Shown: positions 31,379 through 40,848 of the stretch, one piece after another | Numbering within the stretch: the first letter of the stretch is position 1 | Layout of the letters: each line of letters starts with the position of its first letter | Assembly (NCBI GenBank): GCA_963843375.1 | Contig: CAWJKT010000014.1 | Coordinates: forward strand, 64,001 to 128,000 | Length of the DNA: 64,000 nucleotides | DNA from: an uncultured Pseudomonadota bacterium | Lineage (GTDB): Bacteria > Oederibacteriota > Muellerivitia > Muellerivitales > Muellerivitaceae | Reading direction: 5' to 3' | Made by a program: the position numbers and the translations under genes | Notes under the pieces: model-generated | What the model saw: only the letters and a program-made list of their open reading frames with translations | What the model was told of the DNA's origin: nothing | Databases searched by the model: none

Positions 31379-32491
31379 CTCCGGAAGGTTTTCATTTTGC
31401 TGATCCCATATGGCTTTATTTTCTTCCCCTCGCTTTTTTGGCCCTCCTGCTCGCGCTTTTTCCATTCCCGGGCCAGACATTCCACGCTATCCGTTGGCAA
31501 CCCCCGTTTGGTGGAATGGGCGCCCAGTTTTTTCTCCGTCCAACTTATTCCCTGGTTTTTTCGCCTTCTGGCCGTTTGCCTTTGCCTGATCGCCGCCGCC
31601 AGGCCCCAATCGGGACAAAAGAAGGTCGAGGAAAAAATGCCCGTCACCGATTTATATGTTGCCCTCGACGTTTCGGGTTCCATGGTGACCAATGACTTGA
31701 AGCCCAACCGGATTACCGCAGCCAAGCATTTTTTATCCGAATTCCTGGATAAAGTGCAAAACGTAAGGATGGGATTGACGATATTCGCCCGGATCAGTTT
31801 TACCCAATGTCCCCTGACCAATGATGTGGGCATCGTCAAACAGCTTTTGGCGAATGTGGAACCGGCTCCCCATTCCATCAAGCTGGACGGGACAGCCATT
31901 GGAGACGCTTTGGTATCCTGCTTAAACCGGCTTCAAAACGGGACCGGGAAAGGCGGGGACCAAACGTCCAGCGAACCTTCCATGATCGCTAAATGGCTTG
32001 GAGAGAAAGAACCCTCCGATGAACCGGTTGATAACAATAACCAGGCCATTATTCTTTTGACTGATGGGGGGAATAATGCGGGTGCGGTAGATCCCTTGAC
32101 TGCCGCTAAAATCGCGGCTAGCCGGGGAGTGAAAATCTATACGATTGGTATGGGAGCCAAGCATAGTGTCCCGGCCCTCTTTGAGTATCCCGATGGCCAT
32201 TTGGCTCCGGCCATTGACCCCAGAACTGGACAAATCGCCATGAGTGATCCCGTCGACATGGCCCTTTTGACAGAAATTGCAAGAATCACCGGGGCAAAGG
32301 CCTATGCCGCTACGGATAACCACGCCTTTCAGGCGATCTTGGATGAAATTGCTCGTTTAGAAAAAAGGGATGTTTCGGTCACAACCCACTGGGAATATAA
32401 CGAACTTGCGTCTTATTTTTTATTAGCGGCTTTTTTGATCCTGTCGCTGGACATCGGGTTGGAAACAACGGTTCTCAGGACATTGCCCTAG
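31375..32491 (+). CDS. batA: BatA-like VWA membrane protein; frameshift near 31453
   Basis: N-terminal FHFADPIWLYFL from 31375, then AARPQ, MIDAS DVSGSM, GTAIGDAL, LLTDG and a C-terminal TM in the next frame. Confidence 0.85.
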
Positions 32492-32583
32492 AAAAACAGT
32501 TATGGGTAAACCGAATGGGATAAGTTTCAAGACAGCGGTCCAAGGTCAGAGCAAACCGTTGAAAGTTGATTTTTGAGGTGAAA

Positions 32584-33574
32584 ATGCATATCGCGAATGA
32601 CGACTGGTTACTGTACCTCGCTCCGCTTTTCCTGGTGTGGGCAGTGGCTACCTTTTATACCTTTTGGCGGGACAAGAGGGATTTAGACCTATTGGGAAAC
32701 CATAACTTGGTTTTGGCCCCGGGGATTGTCTGGGTCCGGCGGATGGTAAAAGGGATTTTAATCCTCGCGGGTTTTTTCCTTATCTTTTTGGGGGCGGTGC
32801 GTTTGCAGGGAAAACCGGTTCCTGGGGATTTGAACTTAAGGGGTATTGACGTCATGGTGGTTTTGGATGTTTCTAAAAGCATGCTCACCCAGGATATGGT
32901 GCCCAATCGCCTGGAAGCCGCCAAAAAAGCAGTTCTCAATTGGCTTCAAAACGAGGACGGGGACAGGGTGGGAGTCGTTATTTTCGCGGGAGAAGCCCTG
33001 GTCCAGGTTCCTTTGACGATGGATTTGGAGGCTGTTTCCCTGGTGCTTTCAAAGGCGGATGTGGATTCTGTCGATCGGGGCGGCACGGATATTGGGGAAG
33101 GCATCAAGACCGCCTTGGCGGCTTTCGATAAGGACGACCAGACTAAACGTGGCAAGGCTATTTTGTTGATTACCGACGGGGAGACGACGGAAGGGGCCTC
33201 GGACGTGACCGAAGCTTGCCGTCATGGCCAAGGATAAAAATATCCCCGTATTAGCCGTGGGTATCGGAACGCCCCAAGGAAAGCCCATACCGGACGGGGT
33301 TTCATTTTGGGGAGAGTCCATTTATAAAAAAGATCATTCTGGAAACATCCATATAAGCCATCTGGATGAGGGCACTTTGAAAAAAATCGCGGGTCTTACC
33401 GATGGGGTTTTTGTCCAGGGTGACAATGATGAGGGTCTCGCGTCCATTAAGGATCATCTGAATCAATTGCAGAAAACGGAAATGAAGGGGAAGGGAACGA
33501 TGAGGCGGGAAGAACTGGCTCCCGCCCTGGCCGCTGGGTCAGCCTTCACTCTTTTGCTTTCGTTTCTTTTATAG
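32584..33574 (+). CDS. batB: BatB-like VWA membrane protein; frameshift near 33223
   Basis: LDVSKSM, PNRLEAAK, GDRVGVVIFAG, PLTMD, LITDGE; continues in 33224-33574 (VGIGTPQG.PIP, SHLDEGTL). Confidence 0.85.
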
Positions 33575-33580
33575 GAGTTA

Positions 33581-34615
33581 ATGGTGTTTTTTCTGAAAAG
33601 GGATCATCAACGGAACCTGCCGCTTGGGATGGTTTTGGGCGCTGGGTTACTTCTAGTTCTTGGCGGACTTTCCCGGGTCCTGGCAGAGTCCCCGGGAGAA
33701 GAGGCCTATGACCAAAAGGATTATGAGGCGGCCGAAAAATACTATGGTGACAAGGCGCAATCCGGATCCGGCACCGCAACGGATGCCTATGACTGGGGAA
33801 ATGTCCTTTACCAGATGAAAAAATATGACGAATCTGAGAAGGCTTTCGGGATGGCCATCCAAAAAAAACCGAATTTGGAACAGGGATGGTACAACCTCGG
33901 AAATTCGGTTTTTCAACAGGAACGGTACCGAGATTCCATTTCGGATTATCAAAAGGCCTTGCAATTAAATCCCGATGATGAGGATGCCAAGTTTAATATG
34001 GCCCTGGCCGAAAAATTACTGAAGAAAAACCCCAAAAAGGACAAAAGCAAAACGCCCCCAAACCAGGATCAACAAAATGACAAAAAGAATCAACAGCAAA
34101 ACCAAAACCAGCAACAGAACCAACAACAAAGCCGGCAACAGAATCAAAAGCAAAACCAGCAACAAAACCAGCAGCCGAATCAGCAGCAAAGCCAACAACA
34201 AAATCAGCAGCAAAATCAGTCGTCCCCAAAAAATGAAACGCCTCAAAACCAACAGGGTCAAAATCCGGGTCAAAAAAGCAATCCTTCCGGCAATCCGAAC
34301 CCCCAACAGCAACCCTCGGACCAGAACCAGCAAAAACAAGCTAACGCCGCTTCACAGGAACGGCAGGAAGACCAAAAACGGCAGGAACAAGCGAAAAAAG
34401 AATTGAAACTCACTGATAAACAAATTAAAGATCTAATGGCCCAACTGCAGAAACAGGAGGAAAGTAGCCAGCAGTATTACTCGGCTAATCCGAAGAAGGA
34501 GCAGCAAGATCAGGATCCGATGTGGAATTTTATGCCAAAAGAACAGCAAGAATTCATGAGGCGTTTTATGGGACAGCCGTCCAAGGGGGATGACAAAGTT
34601 CCGGAGGATTGGTAA
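33581..34615 (+). CDS. BatC-like TPR protein with Gln/Asn-rich linker
   Basis: YNLGN TPRs, ALQLNPDDEDAKFN, QQNQ repeats, C-terminal EDW. Confidence 0.82.
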   Translation: MVFFLKRDHQRNLPLGMVLGAGLLLVLGGLSRVLAESPGEEAYDQKDYEAAEKYYGDKAQSGSGTATDAYDWGNVLYQMKKYDESEKAFGMAIQKKPNLEQGWYNLGNSVFQQERYRDSISDYQKALQLNPDDEDAKFNMALAEKLLKKNPKKDKSKTPPNQDQQNDKKNQQQNQNQQQNQQQSRQQNQKQNQQQNQQPNQQQSQQQNQQQNQSSPKNETPQNQQGQNPGQKSNPSGNPNPQQQPSDQNQQKQANAASQERQEDQKRQEQAKKELKLTDKQIKDLMAQLQKQEESSQQYYSANPKKEQQDQDPMWNFMPKEQQEFMRRFMGQPSKGDDKVPEDW

Positions 34616-34680
34616 TGGCTTTGGTTTTAGGGTCGATTTTGGTATTTTGAGGGCCGTTTAAAACGGCAAAAGGTAAGAAA

Positions 34681-35658
34681 ATGAAAAAGAACTTCAGGAT
34701 GTTCGGCTTTTTCGCGGTGGCCTTTTGGGGGAGCCTCGGGGTGTCACCTGTCATGGCTCAACAACAGGGGGACACCATTGGCTTACGGATGGATGTGGAT
34801 AAACGTCAGGTGGAAGTGGGGGACCATTTGACGGTGAGCGTCGAGTTCAAGCAGGTTGGAATAGGCGGCAACTCCGCGACAGGAGAGCCCTCCATTTCAA
34901 CGCCCGAGCATTTCGAGATTCAGGGCCAATCCTCCTCGACACAAGTCACCATTATCAATCAGCAGGAAGCCATGGTTTCCACCACCCGCTTGAATCTGGT
35001 AGCCACCAAAGCCGGGGATGAAACCTTAGGACCGGCATTGTTGATCTACCAGGATCCGCAGGGTCAAAAACATGAAATAAAATCCAATGTGGTTTCCGTC
35101 ACCGTGGTTGAAAAAACGGGATTTTCCCTCTTTGGCAAGAAAAAGAGTGAACCCACCCCGACGCCCGAATCCACTCCTCAGGTAACGGATGAACCGCGGG
35201 ATTTGAAGCCCCTTTTGAACGATTCCCATTCGGGTCTTCGAGTGGCTTTTTGGATTTTAGTTGCGATTTTGGTGGCCGGATTTTTATGGTGGCATTTCCG
35301 CGACAAGAGTCCGGGGACCAGTTCTCCGATTGTTCCCCTTGGGAAGGCGGCCCAATTGAGGGATAGCTGGAAGAAGCTATCGAATGAGGACCTATCCTCG
35401 AAAGAGTTTTGCTTGGGTCTGTCGAGCTTGATCCGAGAATGTCTTCAATACCGATTCAACTTTTCGGCGATTGATTATACGACCGAGGAAATTCTTAAGG
35501 AATTGTCCAAGGCTAAGATTTCTGATGACGATAAAATTGCTGTGGAAAAGTGTCTTAAGACCTGCGATCGGGTACTTTACGCCGATGGTAACCTTACGGG
35601 CCGGGATAATCTGCGAACGCTGTGTTCGCCGCTTCTGCCAAAGGCGCCCAAATCATAA
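34681..35658 (+). CDS. BatD-like exported beta domain plus TM and cytoplasmic helical domain
   Basis: Signal peptide, VEVGD, QSSSTQVTIIN; TM; YRFNFSAIDYTTEE...CDRVLYA tail. Confidence 0.65.
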   Translation: MKKNFRMFGFFAVAFWGSLGVSPVMAQQQGDTIGLRMDVDKRQVEVGDHLTVSVEFKQVGIGGNSATGEPSISTPEHFEIQGQSSSTQVTIINQQEAMVSTTRLNLVATKAGDETLGPALLIYQDPQGQKHEIKSNVVSVTVVEKTGFSLFGKKKSEPTPTPESTPQVTDEPRDLKPLLNDSHSGLRVAFWILVAILVAGFLWWHFRDKSPGTSSPIVPLGKAAQLRDSWKKLSNEDLSSKEFCLGLSSLIRECLQYRFNFSAIDYTTEEILKELSKAKISDDDKIAVEKCLKTCDRVLYADGNLTGRDNLRTLCSPLLPKAPKS

Positions 35659-35703
35659 GTGGTTGTCTTCAGTCAATGACTAGAGGTTAAAAAGGAGAAA
35701 CAA

Positions 35704-36693
35704 ATGCCTACGCAAAACGAGGAATTGACACAAGAAGGTCAGCGGCTCAGTGAGCAGTTCGCGAAAGTCCGAGAAGAAGTTTCGAAAGTCATTGTTGGGC
35801 AGGATGGCCTTCTTGACCGCTTGCTGCTGGGGCTTTTGGCCCGGGGTCATTTGCTTTTAGAAGGTTTGCCCGGTTTGGCCAAAACCTTGGCCATTCGAAC
35901 GCTTTCCGAAGCCCTGGGCATATCCTTTAGCCGTATTCAATTCACTCCCGATCTTTTGCCGGCCGACCTTTTGGGGACAAGGATCTATATGCCCGCTAAG
36001 GGCGACTTCAAAACCCAAAAGGGGCCTGTTTTTGCTAATTTGGTTCTGGCGGATGAAATTAACCGAGCTCCCGCTAAAGTCCAATCGGCGCTTTTGGAAG
36101 CTATGCAGGAACACCAGGTAACCATTGGCCCTGATACCTTCAAACTGGAAGAGCCCTTTTTCGTGATGGCCACCCAAAATCCAATTGAACATGAAGGGAC
36201 CTATCCTCTTCCCGAAGCCCAAGTCGACCGATTTTTCATGAAAGTCCAGGTAACTTATCCCGAATTTGAGGATGAAAAAGAAATCATCACTCGCATGACC
36301 GGTGGGAGTGATATCAAAACTAAAGAAATTCTTTCCTCTCAAGCCATTCTCAAAGCCCAGAATATCGTGGATGGTATTTTCGTCAGCGAGCATCTGAAGG
36401 ATTACATCGTCCATTTGGTCACCGCCACTCGGAAACCCAAAGACTATCAATTGGATAAATTGACTTCTCTAATTGAGTATGGAGCCAGCCCCAGGGCTTC
36501 CATCGGCTTGACCGTCGCCGCTAAGGCCCACGCCTTTTTAAGTGGCCGGGGTTATGCCACTCCCGAGGATGTGAAAGCCTTGGCGCCGGATGTCATCCGC
36601 CACCGTTTGATTCTGACCTATGAAGCCGAAGCCCAGAACTTGAAGACCGATGATCTGATAGCCCAAATCCTCCAAAAAGTGCCGGTGCCTTGA
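35704..36693 (+). CDS. moxR: MoxR-family AAA+ ATPase
   Basis: GLPGLAKT, RIQFTPDLLPAD, LADEINRAPAKVQSALLEAM, GTYPLPEAQVDRF, GASPRA. Confidence 0.95.
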   Translation: MPTQNEELTQEGQRLSEQFAKVREEVSKVIVGQDGLLDRLLLGLLARGHLLLEGLPGLAKTLAIRTLSEALGISFSRIQFTPDLLPADLLGTRIYMPAKGDFKTQKGPVFANLVLADEINRAPAKVQSALLEAMQEHQVTIGPDTFKLEEPFFVMATQNPIEHEGTYPLPEAQVDRFFMKVQVTYPEFEDEKEIITRMTGGSDIKTKEILSSQAILKAQNIVDGIFVSEHLKDYIVHLVTATRKPKDYQLDKLTSLIEYGASPRASIGLTVAAKAHAFLSGRGYATPEDVKALAPDVIRHRLILTYEAEAQNLKTDDLIAQILQKVPVP

Positions 36694-36758
36694 AAACCGG
36701 CCTGAAGGTAAGGGTTTGCGCTACTCCCTCAAAGGTTTTTGAAAAAAAAACGTCAACC

Positions 36759-37718
36759 ATGGGGCGCCAACTGCGAAATTGTTTTTGGGTTTTGGTTTTG
36801 GTACTTTCGGCTGGCTGCAGGACAAAGTCCCAGTTCGTTGGAAATACCCTGCCGCTTCCACCTGCCGCCGACAGCGGGGTTTATGACGGTCAATTCATTC
36901 AAACGGATTATGGATTCGCATTTCCCCTGCCGCCCAAGTTGAATTGGTTGAAGCTCTCCGCGGAACAGGAAGTGGACGAAGTGGCCCGTTTTTTTGACAG
37001 TACGCAAGATATTCTTGTGCGGGTTACAGTCCAAGTTCTAGGGGATTCCCAATCCCTATCCAAGAAGGGATGGGAGGAGTCCGCCCAGCAGGATTTGAAA
37101 AACCACCTGTATAAAATTCAAAAAATGGATTCTGCCCAAGAGTGGAAAACGGAGGATTCGAATCCTTGGATCGAGGTTCCCTTTCTTCTTGCCGATTCCA
37201 GGGGCGGCTTATGGAGCGATCAAGAGTGGGCTTTGAACAAAGGTGACCTTTTGATCGGCGTGCACGCCATGATGCCTCAAAAGACTGCGGAGTCGGATGC
37301 CGGTAAAAAACTTTTCAAGAATTTGCCCGGAGTTTTATCCCAAATCCATTGGTATATGCCCATCGGATCCCGGGGCATTTCCATTGACCGGTTTGAATTG
37401 GGGAAATTCACTGAAGAATTCCAAAACGCTTTAAAAAGCCGCTCCGCATCAAGGGTTAGCGCCTATTTTGACGATATGTACCCGGACCGGGCCAAATGGG
37501 ATAGTTGGTATCAACAGGCGGTTTCCGGCGATCCCAAAACGTTCGAGCTTAAAGCCGACCTTTCAGGATTGGTGATCAACGGGGATTATGCCACCGCCTC
37601 CTTTATACTGACCCGCAAAGATTCGAATGATGCCCGTTCGGGCAAGTTCGAGAGGAGTTTTAAGCTTTCCAAGAAAGAAGGGGCCTGGAAGATCACGGCT
37701 TCACTGGACAAGAATTAA
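36759..37718 (+). CDS. Hypothetical lipoprotein, possible C-terminal NTF2-like domain
   Basis: VLVLSAGC lipobox after ATG 36759 (ORF open from 36690); ends LSKKEGAWKI. Confidence 0.6.
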   Translation: MGRQLRNCFWVLVLVLSAGCRTKSQFVGNTLPLPPAADSGVYDGQFIQTDYGFAFPLPPKLNWLKLSAEQEVDEVARFFDSTQDILVRVTVQVLGDSQSLSKKGWEESAQQDLKNHLYKIQKMDSAQEWKTEDSNPWIEVPFLLADSRGGLWSDQEWALNKGDLLIGVHAMMPQKTAESDAGKKLFKNLPGVLSQIHWYMPIGSRGISIDRFELGKFTEEFQNALKSRSASRVSAYFDDMYPDRAKWDSWYQQAVSGDPKTFELKADLSGLVINGDYATASFILTRKDSNDARSGKFERSFKLSKKEGAWKITASLDKN

Positions 37719-37733
37719 CACCAAGGGGGAAGT

Positions 37734-38606
37734 ATGCGCAGCATGACCGGTTTCGGACGCGGTGTCGGACAAAATAAATCCGTCCATGTAGTTGCTGAAA
37801 TTAAAACGGTCAATCACAAATATCATGATTTAGCCGTGAAATTGCCTTCCGCCTACCAATCGTTGGAATCGGAAGTCCGGGATCAGATCCTGGCTTCGGT
37901 TACCCGCGGAAAAGTTGATTTTTTCCTGAAGGATCTTTCGCCCGCCCGCCCCAAAACGGTCCAGGTGAACGACCCTCTCATTACGGAATACTTAAAGGCT
38001 GCGAAAAAAACCGCCGGTCATTTCAAGTTGAAGGGTGAACTTTCGATTGAAACCATTCTTAAAATGCCTGATGTGCTTTCCGTGGAAGAGGAAGAGCGTT
38101 CGGAAGCCGACCAGAAGAAAGCGGTGAATGAGGCGCTCCTGGAGGCATTAAAGGCTTTGGAAAAAATGCGACAATCTGAAGGAATGCGTCTGGGCAAGGA
38201 CATGCTGGAGCGTTCCCGGGACATCACTGCGGTTGTCCAACAACTCCGCCAGCGCCATAAAACCATCATGGCTGAAAAATTGAAGGCTTTCCGGGAAAAA
38301 ATCGCCGAATTCCTACCCGAACCTCTCCAGGACCAAATGCGACTTTCCACCGAAGAAAGCGTCATGATCCAGAGGCATGATATCGCGGAAGAATTAACCC
38401 GGCTGGAAAGCCATTTGGAGGCTCTCCAGGAAACCTTAAAAGAAAAGAACAGCGTGGGTCGAAAGCTGGACTTCCTGATCCAGGAAATGAATCGGGAAGC
38501 AAATACGGTCGGTTCCAAGTCCGCCGACTCCAAGATGGCCCAAAACGTGGTCCGGTTGAAGGAGTTGCTTGAGCAGCTCCGTGAACAAATCCAAAATATT
38601 GAATAG
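37734..38606 (+). CDS. yicC: YicC/YloC family endoribonuclease
   Basis: MRSMTGFG, RGKV, DIAEELTRLESHL, GRKLDFLIQEMNREANTVGSK, REQIQNIE. Confidence 0.95.
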   Translation: MRSMTGFGRGVGQNKSVHVVAEIKTVNHKYHDLAVKLPSAYQSLESEVRDQILASVTRGKVDFFLKDLSPARPKTVQVNDPLITEYLKAAKKTAGHFKLKGELSIETILKMPDVLSVEEEERSEADQKKAVNEALLEALKALEKMRQSEGMRLGKDMLERSRDITAVVQQLRQRHKTIMAEKLKAFREKIAEFLPEPLQDQMRLSTEESVMIQRHDIAEELTRLESHLEALQETLKEKNSVGRKLDFLIQEMNREANTVGSKSADSKMAQNVVRLKELLEQLREQIQNIE

Positions 38607-38628
38607 CGACGGACCGGCACAGGTCGAC

Positions 38629-39210
38629 ATGAATAAACACAATCATAAAAAAGGCCTTTTGATCGTCTTGTCTTCGCCCTCGGGCGGAGGAAAAACGACA
38701 ATCGCGGAGCGTCTTTTGAAACGTGACAAGAACATTATCCGGTCCGTCTCCTGCACCACCCGAAAGCCCCGCTCGGGAGAAAAGAGCGGTCGCGATTATT
38801 TTTTCGTCACCCCCGCCCGTTTTAAGGCCATGGCTGGAAAAAACCAATTCCTTGAGTGGGCCCGGGTGCACCAAAACTTTTATGGCACGCCCCGTCACTG
38901 GGTCGAAGGACAACTTGAAAAGGGAATGGATGTTTTGTTCGTCATTGATGTCCAGGGTGGTAAATCCATTAAAAGAGGGGAACCGGGGGCCCTGTTGATT
39001 TTCTTGAAACCACCATCCTTCAGCGTCCTCAAAAAGCGTCTTTTAGAGCGTCAAAGCGAGGATGAAGCCGGGTTGAAGGTCCGTCTTAAAGACGCCAAAT
39101 GGGAATTAGCTCAAAGCCGGTATTATGACTATCAAGTCGTGAATGACCGTTTAGCCACGGCGGTTTCGGATGTTTTGAAAATTATCAGGAAAAGACGGGA
39201 AACCCTGTAA
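38629..39210 (+). CDS. gmk: Guanylate kinase
   Basis: SPSGGGKTT, TTRKPRSGE, GRDYFF, FLEWA, YGT, IDVQG. Confidence 0.95.
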   Translation: MNKHNHKKGLLIVLSSPSGGGKTTIAERLLKRDKNIIRSVSCTTRKPRSGEKSGRDYFFVTPARFKAMAGKNQFLEWARVHQNFYGTPRHWVEGQLEKGMDVLFVIDVQGGKSIKRGEPGALLIFLKPPSFSVLKKRLLERQSEDEAGLKVRLKDAKWELAQSRYYDYQVVNDRLATAVSDVLKIIRKRRETL

Positions 39211-39293
39211 AATATTCCTGTTTTGCCGTTACGCTTTTGGGCGGTTTTGAGTATAATCCAGCCTCTTTGAATCGATCTGAATGAGGAGTTGTC

Positions 39294-39524
39294 ATGACTG
39301 AAGAGAAAAAGCCCCAAACAATGGAATCCATTGATAACAAATATATGTCCGTTTTGGCGGCTTCCAAAAGGGCCCGTCAATTATTGGACCGGGCTGAAAA
39401 GCATAATCTGACCGTGGATACCGAAAAGGTGATTCTCCAGGCTTTGAACGAGTTCATGAGCGGCAAAGTCACTTATACCAATCACCCAGTTCCCCCCAAG
39501 AAGAGAAGAAAAGAAGAAGACTAA
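39294..39524 (+). CDS. rpoZ: RNA polymerase omega subunit
   Basis: NKY...ASKRARQL...ALNE; canonical position between gmk and coaBC; GAGGAG RBS. Confidence 0.88.
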   Translation: MTEEKKPQTMESIDNKYMSVLAASKRARQLLDRAEKHNLTVDTEKVILQALNEFMSGKVTYTNHPVPPKKRRKEED

Positions 39525-39583
39525 TTAGTTAGTCCTCGGCTGTCATTCTTTGGTTGTCGGCTAGGACCAACAGCTGAGGTTCG

Positions 39584-40810
39584 ATGAATTCGTTCCGCCC
39601 CAAACCCCGAGTTCTTTTAGGTGTTACCGGAAGCATTGCCGCTTATAAAGCCGTTTCCTTAATCCGATTCCTTAAAAAGTTTTCCGAGGTCAAGGTAGTT
39701 TTGACTTCCGCAGGCTCCCATCTCGTGGCTGAAAAACCCTTGGCCAAAGCCTCCGGTTCGCCCGTTTGGACCAGCTTGTTTAAGGGCTCAAAGCCGATAC
39801 CTCCAGGAACACCCAGCGGGAGCCACCCCTTGGCGTTCGTCCCCCACATTGAATACGCCAAAGGCGCGGATTTGGTTTTGATCGCGCCGGCCTCGGCCGA
39901 TATCCTTTCCAAACTCGCAATGGGAATTGCGGACGATCTGCTTTCGACTTTGTGTCTTTACGCTATCTGCCCCCTTTGGGTCGCGCCCGCCATGAACGTG
40001 AAGATGTGGAACCACCCGGCAGTTGTCCAAAATCGGAAAATATTGAGCGGCCGTGGAATCCGTTTTCTGGGACCGGAGAGCGGCCATTTGGCTTGCGGGG
40101 AAGTGGGGGACGGCCGCTTCGCCGAACCGGCGGAGATTTCCTTTCAGGTGGAAAGTTATTTCCGGAATTTCGGGGTTTGGCGCGGAAAAACCGTTTTGGT
40201 CACCGCCGGGCCCACCCAAGAACCCATTGACCCAGTTCGGATGATTACCAATCATTCCAGCGGCAAAATGGGTTATGCCTTAGCCCAAGCCGCTTTGAAC
40301 CGGGGCGCGGAGGTCATCCTGATTACTGGGCCCACGAAAATTATTCCCCCGCCCGCCGGAAAAGTCATTGGAGTTGAGACAGCCAAGGAAATGCATCGTC
40401 AGGTTTTAAAATTCATGGGGCGTGCCGATGTGATTGTCATGGCCGCTGCCGTCGCTGATTACCGGGTTAAAACCGTATCTAAAACCAAGATCAAGAAAAA
40501 CAAAAAAGAATTGGCCATTCTGCTTGAAAAAAACCCCGATATATTAAGGGACGTCCTGAAAAGAAAAAAAACCTCTCAGGTTGTTTTGGGTTTCGCGGCC
40601 GAAACGGACCATCTCGAAAAGAACGCATTGGCGAAATGGAAGGAAAAACCATGTGACCTGTTGGTGGCTAATCAGGTAGGAAAAGTCGGTGTCGGATTTG
40701 ATGGTGACCAAAATGAACTGCTGGTTTTTAAAAAAAATCTTAAAAAACCCATCTTCTTTTCGAGAGACTTTAAAAGCCGTTTAGCGGAAAAGTTATTGGA
40801 TTTAGTTTAA
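39584..40810 (+). CDS. coaBC: Phosphopantothenoylcysteine decarboxylase / phosphopantothenate--cysteine ligase
   Basis: GVTGSIAAYK, APAMN, LACGEVG, TAGPTQEPIDPVR, SSGKMG, AAVADY, GFAAET. Confidence 0.96.
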   Translation: MNSFRPKPRVLLGVTGSIAAYKAVSLIRFLKKFSEVKVVLTSAGSHLVAEKPLAKASGSPVWTSLFKGSKPIPPGTPSGSHPLAFVPHIEYAKGADLVLIAPASADILSKLAMGIADDLLSTLCLYAICPLWVAPAMNVKMWNHPAVVQNRKILSGRGIRFLGPESGHLACGEVGDGRFAEPAEISFQVESYFRNFGVWRGKTVLVTAGPTQEPIDPVRMITNHSSGKMGYALAQAALNRGAEVILITGPTKIIPPPAGKVIGVETAKEMHRQVLKFMGRADVIVMAAAVADYRVKTVSKTKIKKNKKELAILLEKNPDILRDVLKRKKTSQVVLGFAAETDHLEKNALAKWKEKPCDLLVANQVGKVGVGFDGDQNELLVFKKNLKKPIFFSRDFKSRLAEKLLDLV

Positions 40811-40848
40811 ACGAATATACCTGGAACTATATTAAGAGGCTTAAACGA

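Noticed and set aside
34060..34390. CAA/CAG-rich tract as a separate repeat element
   Set aside because: Encodes the Gln/Asn-rich linker typical of BatC-like proteins
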